Assembly: GCA_012295275.1 (NCBI GenBank)
Contig: CM022676.1
Location: 5,208,001-5,272,000 of the forward strand
DNA: 64,000 nt
Source: Chrysomallon squamiferum
Lineage: Eukaryota; Animalia; Mollusca
Direction: 5' to 3'
Shown: positions 26,283-39,900 of the stretch, piece by piece
How the letters are laid out: each line of letters starts with the position of its first letter
Numbering within the stretch: the stretch's first letter is position 1
Program-made: the position numbers and the translations under genes
The notes under the pieces: model-generated
The model's database searches: none
What the model was told of the DNA's origin: nothing
The model's input: the letters and a program-made list of their open reading frames with translations, nothing else

Positions 26283-27491
26283 CTAATATCGCCGCCTCTG
26301 ACTCAGGGATGATTGCCGTGGTTGCATTCCCCTGTCATACCTGTCATAATTGTGTTGTCTGTGGGCTCTGAGCGAAAGGCCCTGCTGGCTTAAAAGTCTT
26401 TGTCTTCTAAGCTCCAGCGAAATTGGATCCATCCTTTCTGGCTGGAATTGCGGACCACCGGGATAACCAACAGAGTTTAACAATATCTGACCAACCTCTG
26501 CAGGCAATGGCGACATAACGGGTGAACGATCGCTTTCAGTCACCAGCCTACCTCTGTCAGAGGTATCACTGCCATGTGACCTGTGATGGTGCGAATGATT
26601 TTCATACTGGTCATATTTTGACCTGCCTTCCAATCTGTCTCTTGAACTAGATCTGTCGCGGTCATGATCGTATGATCGATCTTTGTGATCAGACCGTCCG
26701 TGTCTGTAACTGGGTTGATACTGAGGACTTCTAAATGGAGGATATTCCCCCATTCTTGTTGGAGTGTTGTCTTGCCAAGAAGATGATCGTTGGTATGGTG
26801 GTGTGCCTGCCCCTGGGTAAATTGCTTCTTGAGCATCACCATAAGGACTCGAGTAGGGAGAGCTGTGAGAAGAGCCAGTTCTAGGTTGTAATCGTAATGT
26901 CTGACCATGTAACTGAATTCCTTCCATCACCTTTATGCTGTATGGAACAGAATCTTCATGGCGGAATGTAACAAACGCAAATTTTTTCTTTTTGCCATCC
27001 TTTTCCTTTGGAATAGTTACTTTCTCTAAAGGACCAGCCTGAAATGAAATAAATACTATATACACTTATAGCTGTAATAAGATCAGTCAGAAATCATATT
27101 ATGATCATGAATGAATCTCAAAAATAAACATTTTAAATCAATACAGTTTCACTGTTTTAATATACACGTCAATACTAGTATAAGTATTAATATATCATTT
27201 TTTTTTTTTTTTTTTACTTTTATTATTATTTATTTTTTTATTTATTTATTTATTTTTTTATAAATATAGTAAATACGAACTAGAATTTGAAGAAATTCCC
27301 TTCTCGAGCCAAGTTTCATTATTAGGTAATACCCAAAATTAAATAAATTAAACTAACACTTTCTATATAACATTAATCAGTAGTAGATGTACTTCGATTT
27401 CACAAACCTGAAGGAATAATTCGTATAAAAGTTCCTCGGTTGTTTTATCAGTTAATCCACCAACAAATAAAGTTCGTTCAGAATCCGACAT
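26283..27491 (-). CDS. RBM7: RNA-binding protein 7/11-like (N-terminal RRM; RBM7 is a NEXT complex subunit), 2 exons, 279 aa
   Basis: Exon 1 27491-27408 (MSDSERTLFVGGLTDKTTEELLYELFLQ), exon 2 27038-26283 (AGPLEKVTIPKEKDGKKKKFAFVTFRHEDSVPYSIKVMEGIQLHGQTLRLQPRTGSSH..). The RRM matches the RBM7/RBM11 family and is followed by an R/D/S/H-rich tail. Confidence 0.85.
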
Positions 27492-27622
27492 TTTTAATTT
27501 CTTGTAATTCCCTCCTCTTTCAGATGCACCAAGGTTGCCAGATCTAAAATGCTGAAAGACTAAATCTGCATATAAATGATTAATTTATCATGATTGTGAT
27601 TATTTTTATGATTATGAAGATG

Positions 27623-27666
<44 letters not shown>

Positions 27667-28081
27667 AAACTGAAACACTTTTTAGTGTAATATATTTAAT
27701 GATTTTTTTTATTAATATTGTTACTATATACATTTACAAAAAAATAAATTAAAAATACGATAATAAGACATAATTTATTATATTACATTACATTATTATG
27801 CAATTATATGACATCATTAACCCATTAATGATAAGTCATAAACTTTCTTCTCTTTAGTAGCCCAAGTCAACATAGCTTATTTAAAATGCATCCCATAAAC
27901 TTGATAAAGAAGAAGAAACTCAAAAATTGAGTAGCGCTGAGCTTTTAGAAGTAGTACAAACCGCTACATGTACTCAGTATTGCACCCAACTAATTTCTGA
28001 TACGGGTCCACAAGCATGGATAATTTAGGCACTGAATTTGTTAAAGAACGTATTATTCATAATCCATGATGACCTTTTCTA

Positions 28082-28121
<40 letters not shown>

Positions 28122-28608
28122 TTAAAAATATGTTTGAAAGCGGACATTCGTGGGAATGGACATGCTAAAAAAGGATTAAATTATATCTGCAGCTGATTTG
28201 TCGGTGACAGAGAGAGAAAAATATATATTTGTTTTAAATTAATTGTTAAATATTTCTTTTTTAAATTCTTTAAGCAGCATGTTGATTATGTTTTGCATTA
28301 CAAAATTTACATAGTAACATTGTTGTATATAATTTATAATTTCTATTTCGTTCATCTGTACCACGTGACCAACCACATTGTTTTGACGTTAGTACCTGTG
28401 AAATTTAAAAAGAGAGAAACTATTACGTTAATAGAAATAGTTCCAGATATATTCGCCTTTGCTTGTCTTTATAGTATTTTATACTGACAATAAGGTTGTA
28501 GAGAATGTAATAATTGAATTATAAATATTTTGATAATTTAAAAAAAAAAATAATAACAATAATAATAATAACTTTGACATAAGTGTAGTAATTTATGTGT
28601 TGCAGACG

Positions 28609-28671
28609 ATGGAATCTGCAGCATGCGTGATGAAAACAAAATTATTACATTTCGTTACGCTTGATAAGCAG
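28609..28671 (+). CDS. Candidate alternative first (or 5'UTR) exon of the dynein gene
   Basis: Acceptor TTGCAG at 28605, ATG at 28609, 21 open codons (MESAACVMKTKLLHFVTLDKQ), phase-0 donor CAG|GTATTA, compatible with the exon at 33759. Confidence 0.35.
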
Positions 28672-29825
28672 GTATTAAAATTAAAACGTAATCCTTGTAT
28701 TTTCATAATATAGTCTTTCTTTTTTTCATTATTAATTAGTTTTAATTTTAATGGTAAATTAAAGAGCTTGATTAAATTAACTTTTAAAATAACGGATATT
28801 TCCGATATTGCAACTGCCATCACAGTTAGTTCACATGACGACAGCAAATGCAGCATCACGAAGTCAACATCAGTTACAGTGATGGAAAGAATGAAAAGAG
28901 AGAGAAAGAGAAAAAAATAATAACAACTTTTAGAACAATGTCTTTCACAGAAGAAACAGCAACAACAAACTGAATAAAATTTAAAACCCCCTCCCACTAA
29001 ACGCATCTGGAGTGTTTATTGTTTATTATTGCCTAGTATTTATTTATTTGTTTGTTTGTTTAATTGTTTATTATATTGTTATTATTTATTATTATTATTA
29101 TTATTTTTTTACTATTCAAAATTTATATATTCAAAACTATATAAAATTGTTTATGTAAATTTTAAACAGCACCCAGTTTACTTTCATTTCAAGCCATTGC
29201 CACTCATCTCAAGAATCTAATAAAATTAATAAAATTGTATAAATTTACTTATAAAGTATGTTTAAAAGGCAATATTGCAAATTTCAGTGTCAAAATAAAA
29301 TGTAAATTAGAATATTTTGTTGTTGAAAATAAGACAAAATAAATATAAATGCTTATCTCATAAACAAGATTAGAATTTAAAATATAGCAGCTGCAAATTC
29401 CTAAAAATAATATTTAAAAATAAATAAATAAAAATATAAATAATAAAAAAGAGATTTTTGCTGTTTTTAATGATAGCCTTTATAGCATTGGTATTATGTA
29501 ATGATTTAGTATCTGTCAGTCTGTGTGTGGGAAGAAGTATGTGTGTGTGTCTGTGTGTTCATGTGTGTGTGTCTGTGTAACATAAATTGTTTAACAAAGT
29601 AATTTTATCTAGTAGAAATTTTTCAAAGAATAACAATGAAACAGAACATAAAAATCCCTTGGAAATTGAGATCCTGTGTAGCTTCCAGCCTCAATTTTTT
29701 ACTAATATTAGCTGAGCATATGTGGTCCATCTATTACTCATTTAAAATCAACATATATTCATGATTTATTATTATTATTATTATTATTATTATGTTTATG
29801 ATTATGATTATTATTATCATTTATT

Positions 29826-29858
<33 letters not shown>

Positions 29859-29870
29859 CAATTCTTTTTT

Positions 29871-29885
29871 GTTTAAGATAGCAAC
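29871..29885 (+). promoter_or_regulatory. Possible RFX X-box-like element (GTTTAAGATAGCAAC), or a splice acceptor, just upstream of the dynein ATG at 29926
   Basis: Contains a good TAGCAAC half-site, and RFX factors are known regulators of ciliary genes. It also reads as polypyrimidine tract plus AG, so it is ambiguous. Confidence 0.3.
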
Positions 29886-29925
29886 CATCCGATACTAGAT
29901 CAAAGAGTTAGTATTCAAAACAAAC

Positions 29926-31298
29926 ATGTCGAAGTGGGAAGGTTTGAAAAGCATGGTCAGAGGGAACACCACCATCAGTCTGGATGAAAGACGAGAAAGT
30001 GCTGTGGCCGTATTGCGTAATCGCAGGAGAATTACAAGTGGACAGATCACGATAGTGGAAACTGAAGTAAGTTATTTACAGATTTGTTTACACATTCTGA
30101 AAATCATGAAAACTGGAAAAATAGCATGAGTGTATGCTGCCAAAGTTATTAATTTTTTCAGGGAATAAAAAATAATAATAAAAAAAATAAATAAAGTTGA
30201 ATACTAATTATATTTCAGTTACTGTAGTACTGGAATGGCTAAATAGGCCATTACAAAACTTTCAAAATGATGGTGAACCTTGAAATGTCCTACAAATATA
30301 CCTGAATTCAATATATTTACACTTATACATTTATAATAATTATGTTAGAATAAATGTCTGATTGTCAAACACTGGCAGAATGTCAAATATTAAAAAAATA
30401 AAAAATAAATATCCAATAATAAGGAGAAGGCAAATATGGGATATAAGAAATGCAGTTAATATGGGATTCAAGTATAAGTTTGAAATCTATTAATTTTTGT
30501 TGATATTCTTCAGTTACTGTTATATAGCTACTTTTTTTTTTTTTTTAACACTCACACACATTACAGAAATCAATTCACTTAGTTAACTGAACACTGTATT
30601 GTAAACTATATATAATTTCAGCAAATGCATGGGTGTTGAATATGATTATTTAAAAAAATATTTTTAAATTTTTATTTTTATTTCTCTTTTTACTTGCCCT
30701 ACTTTTTCACCCCCAAAAAAAAATTTATGTCTTGATCAATATTTGTCAGTCATAAAGTACTAGCAGACACATGAAGCTAATTTTTGCAGAAAAAGAAACT
30801 GATAAAATGTACCAAAACAGATATGTGTGCATTTCACAAAACACCCCTTATTGCTAACTGAAAAAGCATAGTTCACTTTGTAATGACAATGAGCTTCCTC
30901 TCTGACATTATTTATATTGTCTTTAAATGATATCACTGAGATTCTAGCTTGAAAATTGACCACATGAATACAGAAGTTACCAAAACATTCATTACAATAT
31001 TATAAATGAAATTCTAAGGAAAAACAAAAATAATAATAACGAGCAGTGAAAAAAATGACAGAAGCAAAGAGCATCAAAGCTGACATATAAATAAAACATG
31101 GCCTCTGAGAAAAATGACAGAGCAATCACAAACTGATTTGAATGGACTTTGAATAAAAGCTATAAACTCTGAAACAAAATTACCTAGTCCTGAAAATTCT
31201 TATAATAAAAATGGTATTGGAAACACAAGTTATAAAAATAGAAATTATAAACCAAGTCCCAGAGAAGTGCTTATAATAAAAACATATATCAGAAATTG

Positions 31299-31372
<74 letters not shown>

Positions 31373-33052
31373 ATTATTATATCTGTGACAAAAATTTTAA
31401 TAAAATTGTGTTTGAAATAAATCACAAATAATACAAACTGAGTGTTATTATTATTTAATTATATGAACAACATGAGTTGTTTTTGAGTATCACTATGTTT
31501 GATATGGCTTTGTTATTTTAAGTTATTGGTAATATATTATTGATTTTTAAGGTTGATGCGTCACAGTAAAATTAGGGCATTTAATTGCTAGTTTGAAATA
31601 TGATCTAATTTTTTTCTAATAAAATAATTAAGTATATGTTTAAATTAGAATAAAAAAGTTACTTTAATAGAAAATATGTTGAGAATTACATTTAAGAAAA
31701 ATAAATATACATTCATTATATTTATCTATCTAGTAATGGCTTCTACAGTAAGGAATTAAATAAATAAATAATCAACTTTATGTCTCATAAATTATTAGTT
31801 ATTCTTTTTTATTTTTTTAAACTTTTTTTTTAAAAACTTTTAAAATAGTTTACCAATAATAGATAAATAAATGAATTATATCTAACTAAAACTGTTAATA
31901 TTTCAGATACTTTTCAAACAATTGTTTGGTTTATTTCTTCTCAAAGTAAATTTTTTTTTTTTGGGGGGGGTTCTAAAATATATTTCTGAGTGATATATCC
32001 CTGTCATAGAATATTTCGTACTGAGAGAAAAATTTTGTAAAAAAAAACAACCCCAAAAACTAAAAATATATATATATATATATAAATAATAAATTAATTA
32101 ATTAAAAACCAAAAATTAGAATAATTATAACTTTAATTGGTGTTTTTTTTTCAGTTGGAGAATGAAATGAGCGTACAGAAAGACTAAAAAAAAATCTCTT
32201 TTTCTTTTATTAATATATTATTTGACTGTAACAGTGAGATAGAAAGTAAATATATCGGCATTATTGGATTTAAATATACATAAATTCTTTAAAAAATCGC
32301 GAAAATGTTTACTGTTTGAATATCTTTTATTTATTTATTTATTTATTTTGAAACTGTCTTATTCATGTGACGTCATAACAAAAGCCAGTCGGTTCGCATG
32401 CAATTTTTAGAATACCAATAGTTAATATTTCAGACGGGTAACGGAATAAACATAATCATATTACGTCTTTAAAACTTGTTGGTATAATTGTTCAGACACA
32501 TAATCACTCAACATGAATTACCGAAACACATCGGAAAGTTCGAAAACTGATCAGGTATTGTTTCCTAAAAGTACAATAATTAAGTTCGTTGTAACTGTGA
32601 TTCATAATGCGAAAGTGTTTCGCATGCGTTTACTGATTCGCAAATTCAAATCCAAACCCAAATTTGATCCCATAGACTGCAGGAGCTAAAATAGAACATT
32701 TCTGATAATTAACTGAAATATTTTAATATTTAAATGTATTGTTTATATGCATACATACATGCATGTTTGATTCCGTTATATGTAAATACATCTGGATCTA
32801 ATTTTGCTATAGGAAGTATAAAAAAAAAAAAAAATTAATAATAATAATAATAAAAATAATAAAAATAATAATAATAATAATAATAACCGCAGTAAATCGA
32901 ATATATAAATAGTAATTCTTAAATATAAAATTATTTATGATAAAATATGCTGACGTCCGTTTCTTCTGCAAAAAAGTTGTAGAACCCCGACGTTATATAA
33001 TGCAGTTATGTCCCTTATAATTATTTATGAAACTATAAAAGACGAAGCCAAG

Positions 33053-33083
<31 letters not shown>

Positions 33084-33117
33084 TACACAATGAACTCACT
33101 TATGTTTATTTTATTTA

Positions 33118-33164
<47 letters not shown>

Positions 33165-33351
33165 TTTGATACAGTTTGTTTGATGATATTAATTAGTATC
33201 GCTTGAAAACAAAAAATAATAATAATAAAAAAGGATTGGTTATCTGCCGATATATTCTTGGTGACAATGCGAGGTGGTGGAGGAATAATAATTAAAACTA
33301 AATAAAATAATAACTGAATAAATATATAAATAAATTCAACTCTCACATTAA

Positions 33352-33402
<51 letters not shown>

Positions 33403-36400
33403 TCATATTTATACTGGAAAATAATTTGATGAAATCAGATTTATATGTTATCAACACAACATAAAAATATCCCTTTTCACAAATAAATTAATTTAAAATA
33501 CAAACTGTTATAAAAAAAATAAAAAATAAAAATTTATTTCAAGCACTTGTTCTTAAAATTTCAGAATTATTTTTGATTTAGTGAAAACCAAAAATATGTT
33601 TTATTCTTATTCTTATTATTATTATTCTCTCGTTTATTATGCCCTTACTTAGTTATATCATCTCTTGTTTATTATGCCCTTACCTAGTTATATCATCTCT
33701 TGTTTTTATAGGTAGTGCTATATTTACTGTAGTTTTAAAAACTTTATTAAAATTTCAGAATAAAGCTAAAACTCGGCGAGAGGCACGAAAAGGTCGACTT
33801 GATCCAAGACATAGAATGATCATTCAGCATGTTGCAGAGAATTTAGGGTTAGATTCTAATGCAGTGGAAGAATTTATTATTGATAGTGAAGAGGTCAGAA
33901 TCTTATTCTTCTGAAAATCTGTTTATCAAACATTATCTTTTAAGTTGCAGATTTACACCTACATGCCATGCTTTGGCACCTGTGAATTCATTCAAGATGT
34001 TTGAAATAATTAAAATCCTGGGGGTCTTCATATTGGATTTGAGGGTCTATTTATGTTTATGCCTGTCAGCAGTAAAAAAACAAAAAACAAGTAATTAATT
34101 GTCCCATTTGAAGTATATTATTTTGTACAGTTTTTTCTCTGAGGTAGATAGATAGCTGGAAAAGTATCTCACTGTTGTTATTATTAGTAGTAGTAGTATT
34201 TTTATTATTATTATTATTATTGCTTATTCTGGGTTCAAACACAAAAATAAAACTTTCGACCTTTGTCTTCCATCTTTCAGTTGAGAAAATTACTTGTTGC
34301 TCTATGTTTTGATTAATAAAATTTTCTGTTTACTGTCTGTTATTTCCAAATTAAGAACAATGTTTGTTTCTGTTAGGTTTTTTAAAATTTATATCTGTTT
34401 ATTTTAAGAGATATAATTACATCTGTACATGTCTCTTAATGACATATGTCTGTTTCTGTGTCTGTCTATCTGTATATCTATATTTGTGTATCTGTATATT
34501 TGCAAATATGAGACATATATCTATATTATACAAGATAATTTAAATAACTCTTATAATTTCTATAATTGTGGTAAACAATTAATTTATTTTTATTTTTTAT
34601 TTTGATCATTGTATTTGTTTTATCAATTTTTAAAATACATTTTCAAAAATTGACATTTCAGCATTTGACTTTATTTGACAAGTTTCTTGGCCAGGAAGGA
34701 CATAAAGGGTTAAAGTTTTACTATCAAGAGGCACATATTCCTTCATTAATTGGTAAGTGTGTTAATATAATCTTATTAATTGATACTAATTTTCAGTGCG
34801 TGTTGTGTAATTTATTTAACTACTTTTTAATTATTTAGTTATCTGTTTTATTTATTTAATGTTTAAAAATTATTAATTTATTTATTTATTGATTTTTTTA
34901 ATTATTTTTTTTTTATTAAGTTATTGATTAATGTGTTTACTTCTTTTTTTAAAAATCTTTTTAAACTAGTTATTTACTTATATACTTTGTCAGATTTTTA
35001 AAAAGAAACAAATAATATTTGTTTAGGTCAGCAGAGGACTGACATTAACATTACATACCAAAAATGCTTAAATATGATATAACATCAGCCATTATAGTTA
35101 AATGCATATAAAAAACCCCACATAAATACATTATAATATTCTTTCAGTCAAATAATCTTTAAAAGAAACAAATACAAAATATCAGTCAAAAGTGTAGAAA
35201 AAGTTTTAGTCCATGATAACATGTCTACTTTTTAATAAGTAGAATGTCATCATATTTTTTTTCCAGAATGTGGCCGCACTTATGCTGGAATCAGAAAAGA
35301 TGCACCCACAATGCGAGTGCTTTTAACATCTGGATCAATTATTCCTCTGACTGGTGTTTGTGTTTATTATTTGAAACTTAGAACAGATGTAATCCTTACA
35401 ACTACAAATTTATTCGACGTAAGTGATTAATTCATATAATCAGTCAGATTGTTTTTTTGTCAGGGTATTGACTACTGCCATAACAGTAAAAACTGGGCTT
35501 CCATACAAACATTACTGAAAGTAACTAAATACATTTTATGTAATATGAAGTTAACTGCTTTATTTGTTCCAATTTTTATATATTAGATAGTATATGTGTA
35601 TATTCTTTCAGGAGATTTTCTTTGAGAAACAACTAAATACATTTTATGTACTACCAAGTAACTGCTTTATTTGGAACATGTATATTTTTCAGGAACTTTT
35701 TTTTGGGAAACTGACCATTGATCATGAGAAAGGTATCCTGGGATCATTAGAAATGGTGATGAAAAATATCTATGAACCTGCACTACATAAGATGACCGTT
35801 AAATGGGGTGAACTAAATACTACTATAGGCAGACCAATGAGAACAGAGTTTCTGATCCATTATGAAAATTTCATTCAGTATCTTAAAAGTGAGACAAAAA
35901 ATCTTTTTTATGTATAATACATAGCATCTGTCCATTTTCTGATACTAATATTTACTACATGTTTTTTTGTTTTGTTATGTGATATTTTTATAATAACATT
36001 TGTTATATGCTTTTTCTTTGTTATATGATATTTTGATAATAACATTTGTTATATGTTTTTTCTTTGTTATACAATATTTTGATAATAATATCTATTATAT
36101 ATTTTTTCTTTGTGGTAAGATATTTTGATAAGACCATTTATAATATGTTATTTTGTAAACCGATTTGAAAAAAATCATTATATACTGAAGAAACAGTAAT
36201 TCATATATTATTTTCTGATATCATTTTCTTAACAAATTTAAAAAAACAAAACATGATATGGTTATTAACTCTGCGTCTTCCAGAGATTTTATTTTGGGTT
36301 ATATTTTGTTAGGTGCTCAAGTTCATGCCTACGAAGTAGTGCAACTTGCAGAACTGAGCAGTGACAAAGTAAACTTGAAGAAGGTGAAAAATGTGCCCGA

Positions 36401-36891
36401 TTGTATGCAGCTCGCAGCCAACCCAGAAATAGTCTCAACCCTGGAAGAAGTGGCTACAGTCTGGTGCAAGCAAATTGAACAGGTATTTTACCCAATTCTG
36501 ATGCTCATAATTTTGAAATAATTTTAGTGCAATTAACTCATTCTACGTATGGAACTTACACAGTAATGGAATGTATTTTATGCAAAAGAAACAAGAATAT
36601 TATGGGTTGGTTGCGTAAATAGTTTTTAAATTCTGATTATGATGGCATTGATGTATAGTGCACAGGGGAATAAAGCAAATCTCTGGACCTGACCTGTGAT
36701 ATCACTTTGATGGATGGGGCAAATATACACTGAAAAAATATCTGCAAAATCATTTTTCCTTTAATTAAGTAAAAGTGTACTGCACTTTGGAGAATTTTTT
36801 TATTTGATTTTGTTATTTGAATTTGTTAGGCACCTATTCTGATATATGAGTGATAAATAAATAAATAAATAAATAAATACGTATATTCAGC

Positions 36892-36950
<59 letters not shown>

Positions 36951-39900
36951 ACTGGATGATAGAAATATAGAAATATAGATATATAGATAGATGGAGAGAG
37001 AGAGAGAGAGAGAGAGAGACCTTTTTTTGTATTATGCACTAAATAATATCTTCTGAAGTGTCACCAAAAATACACCTCTCCATTTCACAAAATATCGATT
37101 CTTTAGCTAAAACACAAACACATCATCTAACAATTAGCAAAAACTCACCACCTTATAAAACGTTTTCTTCATTTTTGTTCTAGATTTTGGTGGAAAGTGA
37201 CCAGATGAGGAAGGAAGCAGACGACACTGGTCCTCTTGCTGAGTTAGAACACTGGCGCCAACTGACAGCTCGTTTCAGCTCTTTGCTGGAGCAGATTAAA
37301 AGCCACAAGTGTCGCATGGTGATCAACAATCCACATTGCCAATTCCAAGATACTGAAAAAATGGAAAGAACTCGACAAACGCATTACAGACAATGCTAAT
37401 GAAGCTAAGGACAATGTGAAATATCTGTATACACTTGAAAAGTACTGCCAGCCTCTTTACCGATGTGATCCAGTAAGCTGTTTTTATGCATTTGAAATTA
37501 TAGAACTAGATAGTTTTTGTATTTCTTTTGTAAACCATGCTTCCAACTCCTTTTTTTATTTATTTATTTATTTTTTTAAGTGGTATCCATAATGGTTATG
37601 TTAGATAAAACTACACTAATATACTTTCAAATGATTGTTTTATTTGATTCATAATTAAAACTGTATGTGATAGTATTAAATAATAATATACTAAATTTGT
37701 TTTTTGAAATACATCCTTGGTACTATCAAAATGTACCATAACGTAGATATGTCAAAATGATTCTTTATTTGTTCATTGTTAAATAGTGACAGTGGTGATT
37801 TGAATAGCCTAAAAATTGTTTTTATGTACATAAATGATTAGAAAACAGTTTTTGTTAATATGTTATTTATAGTTAATAAATTTTCTAAAAGTATTTTATA
37901 TACTTCCAAATTAATATTTTATTTATAACTTACCTGATAACAAAATATGCTAAAAATTTTAAAACTTGAAAAGATAAATGGAGGGTGCCGTTTTAGGTAC
38001 ATTTTTAAGTTTTGAGAGACTAACATATATAGTCACATTGCCAACAATTTTTACATTTATTCAGCCAATAAATTTTTATTAAATAATTTTGCCTGGAAGA
38101 TGTTTAATTGTGTGTATAATGTGTAATACCAGGTGAACAATAAACATCTACAGTTTTGTTTAATGTTTTATTACCCTTTTTCTTACAGGTATCCATGATA
38201 GATTCACTACCAGGTCTGCTGAATGCAGTACGAATGATTCACAGCATTTCTCACTACTACAACACATCTGAGAGAATTACTTCACTTTTTATAAAGGTAA
38301 CATTTTATTTTATTATATTAAATTGTAGCTGACACAAACTGATTTCATTTTCTATAAATAACACCATTTATATTTATTTGTTTTTGCTAAAGTTTATCTG
38401 TGACAGTGTGAACAATTAATGTAAGTTTATTTAATTTTCTTCTAAGTAACTGTTTTATTTGTATCTTGTTTACATATTAGTACAGATTAAAGATATCTAA
38501 GTAAAGTTTATTTTTAATAAAATGTTTTGCTTCTTGTTAAAAAAAATCCAACCAAAAAAACCCAATAATAATAATACCTTTTTTTTTTAATAACAATTTT
38601 AACTAATAATAAAATATGTAATATCAAAACAACAAAACAAGCTTTTTGAGGATTGTTATGGAGTTATTACTGTGGAAATTACACAACAGATTTAAAAAAA
38701 AACAAAAAAAAAAACAATTGAATCATTTTATTATTCTCTTTCCAGGTTACAAATCAGATGATAAAGGCTTGTAAGTTGCACATCATTGAAGATGGACTGT
38801 ACCCCATCTGGGAACAGCCTCGGAATGAACTGGTTGAAAAGCTACACCACTGTGTGAATCTCTACAAGTCCTATCAAAGTCTTTTCCATAAAACTAGAGA
38901 GAAGATTGAACAGTCACCTGGTGAAAGACCTTTCGAATTTTCTGAGATGAACATCTTTGGCAAATTCGATTCATTCTGCAAACGTCTTGAAAAGGTAATA
39001 ACCTTTTATTTATTTATTTATTCTTATTATTATTATTATTATTATTAATTGTTTTTTTTTTATTAGCTGAAAGGATATGATAAATTAAAAAGTTTATAAA
39101 GATGGGAAAATAATAAAGAGATTATAATATATGAATAAAACAAAATAGAAATGAATTAAAGTTTTAGTAGATGATAAAATAAAGTTCTGATGAAAATATG
39201 GTCAAACAGGATATCATTAGATAAGTATTCTGTGAATTTGTGGGGTTTTTCTCATGCAGCATCACATTCTTGAAAAACAACTTATAAACATTTTTTAAAA
39301 TTTTACCAATATTCTATAAAAATCACTGTTATGCCAGCAAATGGACTTTACTTAATTTTAAATAACTTTTGAGTTGCTGTTACATTGTTATTACATCAAA
39401 TGATATTAATTATTATTCTTAAAAGATTATTAAACTGCTGGAATGTCTGGAAGCATTTTCAACAATAACTGAGTCCAAAATTGAAGGCATTGAACCATAT
39501 GCTCTTCGCTTCCAACACACATTTGGCGTCATTAAGAAAAAGAATTATGATATTCTAGACCAGCGTAAAGTAGACTTTGATCACGACTTTGAAGATTTCA
39601 TTAGACAAGTCGGTGAACTGGAGGTGAGTTATTTTATATTAATATTCTTATTTTGGAAACAAACTTGTTGACGATTTGACGATCTTGTAGTAAGTAATAA
39701 ATAAGCATTAAAAATAGGAAATTTTTTATAAAAATACTGTCCAACTTTCACATGTTAGGAAGAATTTAGATTCTATTTATATTATATTTCAATAAAATTA
39801 AATTTAATGACATACATGTATTTCCATTGTAATTTGTACTTTGGTGATATTTGAAGAACAGAGTATTATTTCAGAACTTTTGTATAAATTTCAGAATGGA

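Noticed and set aside
26540-26908. Overlapping 122-aa alternative-frame ORF within RBM7 exon 2
   Set aside because: No recognisable motifs; expected by chance in a GC-richer coding exon.
28593-29006. 137-aa minus-strand ORF between RBM7 and the dynein
   Set aside because: Low-complexity composition, no domain, no supporting splice structure.
35960-36150. Intronic tandem repeats away from junctions (also 7620-8040, 46540-46910, 61360-61720)
   Set aside because: Ordinary AT-rich minisatellites; useful only as background for the junction-enrichment test.
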